Under the pieces are notes generated by a model that was not told where the DNA came from, made no database searches, and saw nothing but the letters and a program-made list of their open reading frames with translations. Shown here in pieces: positions 31,675 through 42,388 of a DNA stretch of 64,000 bases (within the stretch, counting starts at the first letter, position 1; each line of letters starts with the position of its first letter). Source of the stretch: an uncultured Phycisphaerales bacterium (GTDB taxonomy: Bacteria; Planctomycetota; Phycisphaerae; Tepidisphaerales; Tepidisphaeraceae); assembly GCA_963755915.1 (NCBI GenBank), contig CAVWLP010000002.1, forward strand, positions 2,688,001 through 2,752,000, read 5' to 3'. A program made the translations under genes and the position numbers.

Positions 31675-31697
31675 TCCTGACCGCGAAAATGCGGAGC

Positions 31698-31801
31698 TCA
31701 CCGCGGAGCACGTAGAGAGCGCGGGGAAAGAGGGGAAGAGATTTGGATCAAAATCTATATCTCTGTTTCTGTCTCGGCGATCTCTGCGTTCTCGGCGGTG
31801 A
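31698..31801. repeat. Palindromic intergenic element
   Basis: TCACCGCGGAGCACGTAGAG ... CTCTGCGTTCTCGGCGGTGA imperfect inverted arms. Confidence 0.7.
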
Positions 31802-31985
31802 AAAATTCCGTTTACGTTTTGCGGTCGGCCGTCGTATAACAGCGCCTTGAAAGGAGATCGATCATGCCGACGGGAGTATCACGAAGACAATAGGCATCGC
31901 AGCCCAATTAAGACGCGCCCCGCAAGTCGCGCCCCGCAAGCGAGGCGGCTACACGGGCGTAAATAGATAAAAGGAGAGATTAATC

Positions 31986-33002
31986 ATGCCAAAAATGCGA
32001 GCGATCCAGGTCCCCCGTGCGAAGGGGCCGTTTGAAATCGTGGAGCGCGAGATTCCGGAGCCCTCGCCGGGGACGGTGCGGATCAAGGTCGAAGCCTGCG
32101 GGGTTTGCCACAGCGATGTGATCGTGAAAGAGGGGCTGTTTCCGTGGATTGAATATCCGCGGATTCCCGGGCATGAAGCCATTGGCGTGATTGACGCTGT
32201 CGGGGCGGGGGTGAAGGAATTCAAGGAAGGCGCGCGTGCCGGCGTGGGATGGAACGGCGGGTACTGCGGATACTGCGATACCTGCCGGCGCGGGGATTTC
32301 TTCGCGTGTCAGACATCCATGCAGATTACAGGAATTACGCGGGATGGGGGTTATGCCCAGTACATGGTCGCGCAGGCTGAGGCGGTGGCGCGCGTGCCTG
32401 AGGGGATGTCGTCGATCGACAGCGCCCCGCTGCTGTGCGCCGGGGTGACGACGTTTAACGCGCTGCGCAACAGCGGCGCGAGGTCTGGAGATGTGGTGGC
32501 GGTGCTGGGCCTCGGTGGGCTCGGGCACCTCGCCGTTCAATATGCCGCTAAAATGGGGGCCAGGACGGTCGCCATCGCGCGAGGGCCGGACAAGGCGGCC
32601 TTTGCGAAGCAATTGGGAGCCGACCAATACATTGACAATCAAAGCGAGGATTTCGCGGCCGCGCTGATGAAAATCGGCGGCGCAAACGTGATCCTTGCGA
32701 CGTTGACCGATGGGCCGACGATGAGCGCGGCGGTCAACGGGCTGGCGGTGCGCGGCACGCTGATGGTTATTGGCGTTCCGCCGAGCTTGGAGGTGCCAGT
32801 GATTCCGATGATCCTGGGAGACCGCTCGGTCCGGGGCTGGTATGCGGGCGTTTCGATCGATTCGCAAGACACGCTGGCGTTCAGCGCGCGGACCGGCGTG
32901 AAGAGCATGAACGAAGTGTATCCAATGGACCAGGTCGATGCGGCGTATGACCGGATGATGAGCGGGAAGGCGCGATTCCGGGCTGTGCTTAAGATGCAAT
33001 AG
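31986..33002 (+). CDS. Zinc-dependent alcohol dehydrogenase
   Basis: CGVCHSD, GHE, CGYCDTC..C, LCAGVT, GLGGLG. Confidence 0.93.
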   Translation: MPKMRAIQVPRAKGPFEIVEREIPEPSPGTVRIKVEACGVCHSDVIVKEGLFPWIEYPRIPGHEAIGVIDAVGAGVKEFKEGARAGVGWNGGYCGYCDTCRRGDFFACQTSMQITGITRDGGYAQYMVAQAEAVARVPEGMSSIDSAPLLCAGVTTFNALRNSGARSGDVVAVLGLGGLGHLAVQYAAKMGARTVAIARGPDKAAFAKQLGADQYIDNQSEDFAAALMKIGGANVILATLTDGPTMSAAVNGLAVRGTLMVIGVPPSLEVPVIPMILGDRSVRGWYAGVSIDSQDTLAFSARTGVKSMNEVYPMDQVDAAYDRMMSGKARFRAVLKMQ

Positions 33003-33006
33003 CGAA

Positions 33007-33970
33007 ATGAAGGCCCTAGTCATCCGCCAATTCGGGGAGCCGAAGCTGCTGAAAGTAGAGGAAGTGCCGACGCCGCGCGCGGTTGAAGGCCGGGCGGTGG
33101 TGAAGGTGATGGCGGCGGGGATTAATCCGAGCGACGTGAAGAATGTGCAGGGGAAAATGCACGGCACAATGTTGCCGAGGATTCCGGGACGGGATTTTGC
33201 GGGCGTCGTGGTGGATGGGCCGCCGGACACCATTGGCCGGGAAGTATGGGGGAGCGGGGGGGATATTGGATATACGCTTGACGGGTCGCACGCGCAATTC
33301 ATCGTCGTGCCCATCGCGGCGCTGACGCCGAAGCCCAAAAAGCTCACGATGGACGAAGCCGGATCGGCCGGTCTGGTTTTTGTGACGGGGTGGGAGGCGC
33401 TGGTTTCGGCGGCGAATGTATCGCAATCGGATTGTGCGCTGGTGATCGGCGCGGGTGGGGGGGTGGGATTTGCGGCGGTGCAGATCGCCAAGGCGAAGGG
33501 GGCGAAGGTGATAGGCGGGGTTCAATCAGAAGAGGAAGCGACGGAGGCGCAGCGCGGGCGCGGATATCATCGTCAACACGCGGACGGAAAAGCTCGTGGA
33601 GGGCGTGGAAAAAGTTACCGACGGGCGCGGGGCGAATGTGATCCTCGATACCAGCGGCCACATGTTCGCGGAGTGCATCGAGGCGGCGGCGATGGGGGGG
33701 CGGATTTCGGTCATCACGGCGCCGCCGGATGGGAATTCCGTGTTCAATCTCCGCGCGGTTTATCGGAAGGAGCTGCGGATTTTCGGCGTCGATACGCGTC
33801 CGCTCGACGTGGTCGCGAGCGGAAAACTGCTGGCGCAAATGAGCGGGGAATTTGAATCCGGGGCGTTTAAAGTGAAACTTGGGGAGGCAAGGCCGCTGGC
33901 CGAGGCGCCCGCGGCGTATGAAGAATCATCGCGGGGCCGACGGCGCGTTTACCTGCGCCCCAATGGATGA
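33007..33970 (+). CDS. MDR-family NADPH:quinone oxidoreductase-like protein, frameshift near 33555
   Basis: INPSD, PGRDFAG, GAGGGVG, continued by TDGRGANVILD in another frame. Confidence 0.85.
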
Positions 33971-35453
33971 CCGAACATATGGCAGAAAACGAAAATAGCG
34001 TGGCGACGGTTTCGAATCACGAAGCAGCCGCCCAGGCGCCGCCGCCAAGGGTTGCTGTCGCGCACAATAAGCCGGGGCGTCGTCCGGTTCGAGTGATTGT
34101 GATTGCAGTGATTGCCGTCGTTGCCCTCGTCGGCGTGGCCTACCTGGTTTACGAAGCGTTGACCACGGTTTCCACGGACGATGCATACGTGAACGGCCAC
34201 GTGACGTACGTGGCGCCGCGCGTCCCCGGGCAGGTGACCCGGGTTCTGGTGGATGACAATAACCGCGTGCACAAGGGCGATCTGCTGGTGCAGCTCGATC
34301 CGGAGCCGTACCAGGTTCAGGTCAATATCGCCCAGGCGGCTCTGGATGTGGCCAATGCGGATTTGGTGAGCGCCCAGGCGAATGCGCGGCGCTTGTGGGC
34401 CAGTCGCGCAGCCTGCGTTTTGCTCTGGATCACGCGATTGAGGACGTGGACAATGAGGTGGCGCTGCTGCATTCGAGGGTCGCGACGCTGGATTCGGCGA
34501 AAGCGACGGAGGTGAAAGCCAAGGCCGATTACGACCGCGCGGTTCCGCTGGTAAAAACGGGAGCGGTTTCAAGCGAGGAAATGGATGCCCGCACGGCGGC
34601 ATTGGCGGTGGCGCAGGCGGAAGTGAATGAGGCGCTTCAGGGCGTTTACCAGTTGCGGGTTGAACTGGGATTGCCGCCGACGCCTCCCAATGGGCAGGAC
34701 CTTTCCTCTGTGCCGGACAACCTGGACCAGACGTTTTCAACCGTGAAACAGGCGCAGGGGAGCGTGATGCAGGCGGCGTCGCAGCTTGGGTACGCGGATT
34801 CGTTCAACATCACGCCCAAGCAGATGATCGCGGATTTTTACAAGCAGGATCCGAGCGGAAACATCGATGTGATCTATGGGAAGCTTCTTAAGAACGCGCC
34901 GTCGGTAAAGGATGCGGAGGCGAAGGTTTTTCAGGCGCAGAAGAACCTCGACCAGGCGAATTTGAATTTGCGCTATTGCAACGTTTATGCGGAAATTGAT
35001 GGCGAGGTCACCCGTCGCGATGTGAATCCCGGCAACAACGTGGTCGCGGGGCAGAGCTTGATGGCGATCCGCTCGATCACCGAAATCTGGGTGGATGCGA
35101 ATTTCAAGGAGACGCAGCTTGCGCGATTGCGGATCGGGCAGGCGGTCGATCTGGACGTGGATACGTATGGAAGCCGCGAGCATTTTAAGGGGCGGATCAC
35201 GGGATTCACGATGGGGACGGGCTCGACGCTGGCGCTGCTGCCGCCGGAAAATGCGACGGGGAATTTCGTGAAGGTCGTGCAGCGATTGCCGGTGAGGATT
35301 GATCTGGTGGATTACGATCCGGAGAAGGCGCCGCTGTTTGTGGGTTTGTCGGTGACACCGACGGTGCTGCTGGATGAGGAGCCGTCGGGTCCGGACGCGG
35401 GGAAGGTGCTTCAGCCTTACATGACGTTGCCCGAGGGGGAGAACCTGCCGTGA
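33967..35453 (+). CDS. HlyD/EmrA-family membrane fusion protein, frameshift near 34395
   Basis: TM, STDDAYV, WVDANFKET, LLPPENATGNFVKVVQRLPVRI. Confidence 0.92.
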
Positions 35454-37071
35454 CGGCAGCGGCGCCCGCAATTGACGATCTGCTGGCGGCGCCCCGGCGG
35501 GTAATTTCGCCGTGGGTGGTGGCGGCGGTGGTCGTCATTCCCACGTTCATGGAGGTGCTGGACACGACCATCGCCAACGTGGCGTTGCGATACATCGCCG
35601 GGGGGCTTTCGGCGCCGGTAACGGACAGTGAATGGGTGATCACCAGCTACCTCGCGGCCAACGCGATTATTCTGCCGATTTCGGGATGGCTGGCCGCACG
35701 ACTGGGGAGGCGGAATTATTTTTTGCTTTCGATCGCCTTGTTTACGCTGGCCTCGGCCGCTGTGCGGCGCTGCCCCGTCGCTGGCGATCCTCATCGCCGC
35801 TCGCGTCTTGCAGGGCCTTGCCGGCGGGGGGCTTCAGCCTTCGAGCCAGGGGATTCTGCTCGACGCGTTTCCCCGCGAGAAGCAGGGGGCGGCGCAGACA
35901 ATTTTCGGCGTGGCGGCGCTGCTGGCGCCGGTCGTCGGGCCGACGCTCGGCGGATACATCACCGACAACTACGGCTGGCGATGGATTTTTTATCTGAATC
36001 TGCCGGTCGGATTATTCGCGTTGCTCCTTTGCCGAATGTTCGTCACCGATCCCGATTATCTCATCGCCCAGCGGGCCGCGCTGCGAAAGCAGAAGAGCGC
36101 GTTCGATTTGGGCGGGCTGTGTCTGCTCGCGGCGGCGATGGTCTCCTGGGAAATCCTGCTCACCAAGGGGCAGGAGTGGGACTGGTTTGGCGATCCTTTC
36201 TGGCGCATTCAGACGCTGGCGTCGATTTTCGCCGTGTCGCTGATTTGCCTGGTCTGTGCGCGAGCTGCGCATCAAGAATCCGCTGATCAATTTCCGCACG
36301 CTACGGGATCGCAACTTCCGGGCGTCGTGCATCATTATTTTTCGTTCGTTCGCGGTGCTTTATGCGAACACCACGCAGCTTCCGGCGATGCTGCAGACGC
36401 TGTTTGGCTATGACGCCACGAAATCGGGGCTGGTGCTTTCGCCGGCCGGCCTTGGGGCGATCCTGGTTTTGATGATTGGGGGGATTCTTCTGGGAAAGGG
36501 GCTGGATGCGCGGTTTCTCATTGCCACGGGTCTGCTGGTGATGGGGATCGGAAATTACTGGCTTTCGCAATTGAATCTGGAGATCAGCCCGTGGGATGTG
36601 GTCTGGCCGCGGGTGGTGATCATCATGGGCTTGTCGATGATTTTCGCGCCGGTGAACGTGGCGGCATTTTTGTATATACCCAAGGAACTTCGCGGCGCGG
36701 CCGTGGGGCTGCTTGCGCTGCTGCGCAACGAGGGGGGCAGCGCCGGGACCTCTATCGCGCAAACGATCCTGGAACGCCGGCAGCAGTTCCACGCGCTGCG
36801 GCTCAACGAGAACCTCGACCGTCTCAACCCGGCGGCCACGAGCCTGCTGCATCAGGGACAACAATTCTTTTTTCAGCACACGGGCGATGGGCCGCTGTCG
36901 GCGCAACTTTCGCTGAATTTTTTGGATAATATCAGGCAGCAGCAGGCGTTGTCGCTCTCTTATTTCGATGTCTACTGGGTTTGCGCGGTGGTAGGGGCAG
37001 CACTGGTGTTTTTCACCCTTTTAATGCGGAGATCCGTTGCGGAGAAGGGGGTGCATGTTTCGGCGGAGTGA
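35450..37071 (+). CDS. DHA2/EmrB-family MFS efflux permease, frameshifts near 35765 and 36255
   Basis: FMEVLDTTIANVAL, WVITSYL, GPTLGGYITDNYGWRWIFYLNLP, KGQEWDW, RNEGGS. Confidence 0.92.
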
Positions 37072-37106
37072 GGGTTGGGGCCAGTGCGAATTATGAATTT
37101 TCTGCG

Positions 37107-38850
37107 CTAGCGCAAACTTGCGCCGTCGGGGAGGATTTGCATCAGGCGGTTGCGGACATTCTGGGCGCCGTTCTGGTCGCCGAGGTCCTGGAGGAGGGTC
37201 AGGTAGGTCTTGCCGACTGAATAGAACGGCGTTGAGTAGACGTATGAGGATCGATCGGGCGCCGGCATGCGGGGCCAGGTTTGGGCGTAGAGACGGGCGA
37301 GGCCGGGAAGGTTGTCGTGGGTGCGCATCAGTTTGTCGATGCGGGTCATGGCCTGGAGGATGATGGCGCCGGCGTTGATGTCGTTGGCGAGGACGTCAGT
37401 GAGGGCGCGAAAGGCGATGTCGTCCTGGTGCAAACTGACGAGAAGATCGGCCTGGGCAAGGCGAACGCGGCGCGAAGATCGGGGCGGCTGGGGAAAAGCG
37501 GGGCGATGCGGTCAAGCGAGTCTACCTGCTCCCGCGGCGACTGGTTGGAAAACATGCGCATCATGATCTGAAGCGCGAAATCGGGATAGGACCTGAGGAG
37601 ATATTGGTTGACGGCGGAGTCGAGGGTCTGAGTTTGGGCGGGGGAGAGGCCGCCCTGGGCGTCCATTTTTGCCAGGGAAAGCCAGGCGGGGCGATTGCCG
37701 GGGCAAACTTCGATTTCCCGAAGAGCGATGTCGAAGCGCTGCTGGGGTGGGACGAGGTCGATTAGCGCCAGGAGATCGGCGGAGAGGAGACGGGTGTTAG
37801 CGTCGGTTAGCTGGAGGCCGGCGAGAAGGCCGACGTCGGCATCGGTTAAAATCTCGCGGGTCTGGGGATCGGTAATGTTGGCGGACCAGAAAAGGTCTTC
37901 GGAATATCGGCCCTGATCGAAATTCCAGGCGAGGTAGTGATTGGGCGCTTCGACAAAGCCGAGCCAGGCGTGCCCCACGCCTCCAGCGCCGCCGCCGGCA
38001 TTTGTACACATGCAGGCGGGGATTCCGAGGGATTTGGCGACTTGCGAGGCGTAGTAGGCCTGCTCGACGCAGACGCCGCCGTATTGCAGCAGATTCTGGA
38101 GGGTGTAGGCGTGGGTGGAGATCTTCTTCGGGTCGCCGTTAAAGAAGGCGTTGTCATCGTAGGTGACATCGAAGTAGGCGGAGGCGATGGAATAGTTGTT
38201 GCGGTATCGCTGGGTGGCCCAGTGCATTTCGTCTTCGGAAACCCTTAGATCGACAACGTAGAGCTGAAGTTGCCACGCGAGCTGGCGGAGATCGAACCGC
38301 AGCGGGGTTTGCGGATCGGTGAAGTAGGAAAAGAGCTGGGCGGCGCGGTCCGCGGTGAACGTGGGCTTGTAGCCGGTGCTGTCGGGGGGGAGAGCCTTAT
38401 CCCACACGACGATCAGGGCGGTCGCGAGGTCGGGCCATTGGTCGAGCCCGTCCGAGGCGGTGGATTGGAGCAGCGTTACCTGCTGCAAAACGCGGCGGGG
38501 TGAATCTTTCGCTGAAACGGCGCACATGAGCACGGGCATGAGATGCGGTTGCCCGGCAAGCCAGATGAGCGTTTGCTTCTGCTCGTCCGTGGGGGACTTT
38601 ATCGCGGAAAAGAAATGAACGAATTGACGGCAGGAGGCGATGTCGATCAGCCGCGGGGCGTCGAGGTTGTGCAGATCGACGGCGCGGCGCCTTGGAAGTC
38701 CAATGTTTTCCGCACCTGTGTGAAGTCCCAGTTGCCGATCGCGGAGACGGTTTGACGAAGAATGAGATCGGTCGGCTCGGCAGAGGCAAATGAGGGAAGC
38801 AGCAGGGAAAACGTGAGAAAGAAAATCCAACCTGGTGTTGCCTGTTTCAT
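37107..38850 (-). CDS. Exported protein with transglutaminase-like (Cys-His) core and helical C-terminus, frameshifts near 38700 and 37460
   Basis: Signal peptide (MKQATPGWIFFL..), GGVCVEQAYYA and GHAW motifs; three consecutive ORFs. Confidence 0.6.
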
Positions 38851-38905
38851 TCTCGCTCCGGTGATCGCGGAGCATTATGACATGAAATGGAAACAAATAA
38901 AACTT

Positions 38906-40663
38906 CTAATGGACCTCCGGGGATAGCAATTGTTCGGCCACGGCCCGGATGGGCGTATCCCAATCATCGGTGCGGGTCTGGCGGAATAATCGCATGGTGG
39001 GATACCAGGGGGTATCGGATCGATTCAGCATCCATCGCAAATCGGGATAAAACGGCAGGAGGGTCCAGACGGGCTTGCCCATCGCGCCGGCGAGGTGGGC
39101 GACGGAGGTGTCGGCGGAGATCACCAGGTCGAGATTCGCGATCAGGGCGGCGGTGTCGGCGTAATCCGTCAGGTCGGCGGTGTGATCGATCAGATTCAGC
39201 CCGGGCGGCGGTGTCTGGCCGGCGCCGGGGCCTTTCTGGAGGCTGACGAAACTGATACCGGGGATTCCCGCCAGCGGGGCGAACTTTGACAGGAGGATTG
39301 AGCGGTTGTGATCGTTGGAATGATGCGGATTTCCGGCCCAGACGAGGCCGATTTTCTTTTGCGATCCCAGGGGGGCGAGGCGGTTTCGCCAAAGGTCCAC
39401 CAGTTCGGGCTCCGCGTGCAGATAGGGGACCTGCGCGGGGATTTCTTTTGGCTTTATGTGCAGCAGCAGCGGGAGGCTTAGCAAATAGCACTGGCAGTCA
39501 AATTCCGTCCAATGCTGGGTATTGGTGATCAGGTGACCGACGCCGTCGACGCTGCGCAGAAGGCGAAGCAATTGCGGCGGGGAAACGAGGATCGTCTGCG
39601 CGCTGCGCTGTGAAAGCGTGGCCAGCAGGCGGCAGAATTGGATGGTATCGCCCGCGCCCTGTTCGGCGTAAATGAGAATGCGCTTTCCGGCAGGGTTGTC
39701 GCCGGTCCAGGCGGGCTTGCCGGGGCTGAATTTTGTGTACTGCCGGTCGGGCCGGAGGACGCGCCATTCGTATTCGCGCCATCCCTCGTCGAAATCGCCG
39801 GTGAGAAGCAGGACGCCGGAAAGATGGAAATGCGCGGCGGGGTCTTCGGGCTTGAGGTCGATCGCCTTGCGGAAGATCTGGATCGCCTCTTTGAAGCGAT
39901 GCTGGTCGCACAGGGCCTGGCCGTAATTCAGAAGGGCCTCGAAAAAGTTGGGCCGAATCTGAAGCGAGCGCTCCAGCAGCTTCATGGCGCGGTCGTTCTG
40001 ATTTTTGATGCGCAAGGCGACGGCGAGGTTCATCATCGCATCGGCATAATCGCCGCGGATTTTCAGGGCTTCTTCGAAGACGGCAATCGCCTGGTCGGTC
40101 AGGCGTTTTTTGAGCAGGGCGTTGCCCAAATTGTTGTACGGCTGCGGATCGCGCGGGTTGAGATGGATGGCGATCTTGTATTCGGCGATGGCTTCGTCGA
40201 TGCGCCCGAGGTCTGCCAGGGCGATGCCGATATTGTTGTGCGGGTCGGCGAGATTCGGGTCGATGTTCATCGCCTGGCGGAAAAGGGAGATTGCCCGGGG
40301 CAAATTTCCGGTCGATCGCAGGGCATCGCCGAAATTGCTGAGGACGTTGGCGTCGTTGGTGCCGAAGGAAAGGGATTTTTCGAACGACGCGATGGCTTCG
40401 TCGAGTTTGCCGAGACGGCGCAGGGTGAGGCCGAGGTTTCCGTGATAGACCGGATGGTTGGGATTGCGGGCGATGGCGCGGCGGATCAGACCCTCGGCCA
40501 TCTCTTCCCGGCCGACCTGCGAGCTGAGAATTCCCAGCAGATGCAGCGCATCAGGATTTTCCGGATCGACGGCCAGGACCTGGCGATAGTATCGCTCGGC
40601 TTCCGCCAATCGGCCGGCGCGATGGAGCTGCACGCCCGCATCGATCATCTGGGCGGGAGTCAC
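38906..40663 (-). CDS. TPR-repeat protein with C-terminal GT9-like glycosyltransferase domain
   Basis: About 9 TPR units, EYEWR, AEQGAGDTIQFCR, IGLVWAGNP, DTSVAHLAGAMGKP, PWYPTMRLFRQ. Confidence 0.9.
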   Translation of the reverse strand: MTPAQMIDAGVQLHRAGRLAEAERYYRQVLAVDPENPDALHLLGILSSQVGREEMAEGLIRRAIARNPNHPVYHGNLGLTLRRLGKLDEAIASFEKSLSFGTNDANVLSNFGDALRSTGNLPRAISLFRQAMNIDPNLADPHNNIGIALADLGRIDEAIAEYKIAIHLNPRDPQPYNNLGNALLKKRLTDQAIAVFEEALKIRGDYADAMMNLAVALRIKNQNDRAMKLLERSLQIRPNFFEALLNYGQALCDQHRFKEAIQIFRKAIDLKPEDPAAHFHLSGVLLLTGDFDEGWREYEWRVLRPDRQYTKFSPGKPAWTGDNPAGKRILIYAEQGAGDTIQFCRLLATLSQRSAQTILVSPPQLLRLLRSVDGVGHLITNTQHWTEFDCQCYLLSLPLLLHIKPKEIPAQVPYLHAEPELVDLWRNRLAPLGSQKKIGLVWAGNPHHSNDHNRSILLSKFAPLAGIPGISFVSLQKGPGAGQTPPPGLNLIDHTADLTDYADTAALIANLDLVISADTSVAHLAGAMGKPVWTLLPFYPDLRWMLNRSDTPWYPTMRLFRQTRTDDWDTPIRAVAEQLLSPEVH

Positions 40664-41517
40664 GGCGTGGAGTTCCGGAATTTCTGCGCTAGCGCGTCGA
40701 ACTCCGCGGCTTCCCACCAGCCGTCGCGGTAAAAGACGCGGTAGCGGAAATCGAGCTTTGTTCCCTGGGCCACGCTCATCGGCTCGTGAAAGAGGAACGC
40801 GGCGTTGAAGAAATCGTAGCTCTGGCCGGCTTTTCCATACCAAGGGGAGGGGCTGCGTGGATTGGACGGATGGTCGATCATGCCGAGACAGACGCGGGCG
40901 CCGGCCGCGCCGTCAACGATTCCGCGGGTCATGAGCCAAGGGCCGGGTTGGCCGGTTATGGCTGCGGGCGTTTCGCCGCTGGCGAGGAGAAAAGTGCTGT
41001 TGTGATATTCGCGCAAAGCGCGAAACGTCAGGCCGCTGTATCCGCCCCACGTCGTATATGGGGTGCGGTCCAATACCAGATCCTGAAGCGACTGGAGCGA
41101 GGAGGACCAGGCGATCTCGCGGGCGCCGTTTTCGTGAGCCGTCAGCACGATTTCCCGGTTCTCGTCGAACACCGGCCCGGTTGGCGATGAAGTCCATTGA
41201 AGCCTGTGCTGAATTCGTAGCGAATTGTTCGAGAGAAAAGTACACAGCGGCTGCCCCTGGGTTTTCTGAATTCCGTACGGCTCCGCCTCCTCCCAGAAAT
41301 TCGTTTTGTTGATGTACTTGAACGTGAACCACAGGCCCCGATGCCAGGTGTGGTCGGACATCTGAAACCCGGCGATCTGCCTTCCCGCCGCGGTAAAGAG
41401 CGGGTGGAAACAGGGCTTGGGCAGGCTTGCGGAATAGCGATAGCTGGTGATCGGGGCGTCGTCGGCGGCGAAAACGTCGATTCGATCGTCGTGTGTTTGT
41501 CGGAATGAAAGGGCCAT
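40660..41517 (-). CDS. DUF6807 family protein
   Basis: KPCFHPL, DHTWHRGLWF, NFW, GGYSGL, DHPSNP. Confidence 0.75.
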   Translation of the reverse strand: MALSFRQTHDDRIDVFAADDAPITSYRYSASLPKPCFHPLFTAAGRQIAGFQMSDHTWHRGLWFTFKYINKTNFWEEAEPYGIQKTQGQPLCTFLSNNSLRIQHRLQWTSSPTGPVFDENREIVLTAHENGAREIAWSSSLQSLQDLVLDRTPYTTWGGYSGLTFRALREYHNSTFLLASGETPAAITGQPGPWLMTRGIVDGAAGARVCLGMIDHPSNPRSPSPWYGKAGQSYDFFNAAFLFHEPMSVAQGTKLDFRYRVFYRDGWWEAAEFDALAQKFRNSTP

Positions 41518-41524
41518 ACGGAAC

Positions 41525-42367
41525 TTAGTCAGACTGCCGCAATTCGCGGGCGGTTTTGCCCGTATGTTTTCGAATCCAGCGGCAGAAATAGGTCGCTTCC
41601 TGGAAGCCGCACTTTTCGGCCACCGCGGCGATCTTGTCAGGAGTATATCGCAGAAGCGTCTTGGCTTCCTGCAAGCGCACGTGGGTAAGATATTCCATGA
41701 TCGTCACCCCTGTCTGCTTGTGGAAAATCCTGCTCAGCGAGCCGCGATGATAATTCAGGTCGGTGGCGATGCGCTCGGCGGAGAGTTCGGGGTCGGCGAA
41801 TTCCTGCTCGATGATGTGCCGGGCGCGCTGCACGAGCGGCGCGATCCGCGCGGTGCGGATCGAGTTGGCCATGTCGTAAAGGAGCTTGATGGCGCTAAGG
41901 CTTCCGTGCCGGCGGCCCTGGATCGTGTGGTCCTTCAGGCAATCGATCAGGTCGTACACTTTCTCCAGCGGCGGCTGCTGGCAGTTGAAAACCCCGATGC
42001 TCAGCCCAAGGTGCAAAACAAATTCTTCCGCCAGCGGCCCGTCCAGCGTGAACCAGCAGAATTCGTTCATCGGATGCAGCGCCCAGAAGCGGTGGGGGAT
42101 GTTGGGCAGATAGATGGCGACCGACCCCGGCCCGAAATTCATCCGCTCTGGGCCGATGCTCATCGAGCCCATCCCGGAGATCACCCACTTCACCATCACG
42201 ATTCGCCGGGACCAGGTGGGGCTGAACCGCCCGCGCGATACCTTCACATGGGATACGCTGCGCAGGGCGAGCGGAACATCGGACGGCGGCTCGCTGCGGG
42301 GGCGCTCAATCGCCACCCCTCCCAGGCGGTGCGCAATCGGTTCATCGGGCTGTGCAGCTTCTGGCAT
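41525..42367 (-). CDS. AraC-family transcriptional regulator
   Basis: Cupin-like N-domain; double HTH LSRIFHKQTG..YLTHVRLQEAKTLL..VAEKCGF..YFCR. Confidence 0.93.
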   Translation of the reverse strand: MPEAAQPDEPIAHRLGGVAIERPRSEPPSDVPLALRSVSHVKVSRGRFSPTWSRRIVMVKWVISGMGSMSIGPERMNFGPGSVAIYLPNIPHRFWALHPMNEFCWFTLDGPLAEEFVLHLGLSIGVFNCQQPPLEKVYDLIDCLKDHTIQGRRHGSLSAIKLLYDMANSIRTARIAPLVQRARHIIEQEFADPELSAERIATDLNYHRGSLSRIFHKQTGVTIMEYLTHVRLQEAKTLLRYTPDKIAAVAEKCGFQEATYFCRWIRKHTGKTARELRQSD

Positions 42368-42388
42368 CGCGGTTACAAATAGTCAATT

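Noticed and set aside
40660-41517. Methane monooxygenase, since this family is sometimes labelled PmoA
   Set aside because: Soluble protein without PmoA TM helices; no pmoB/pmoC; carbohydrate-gene context
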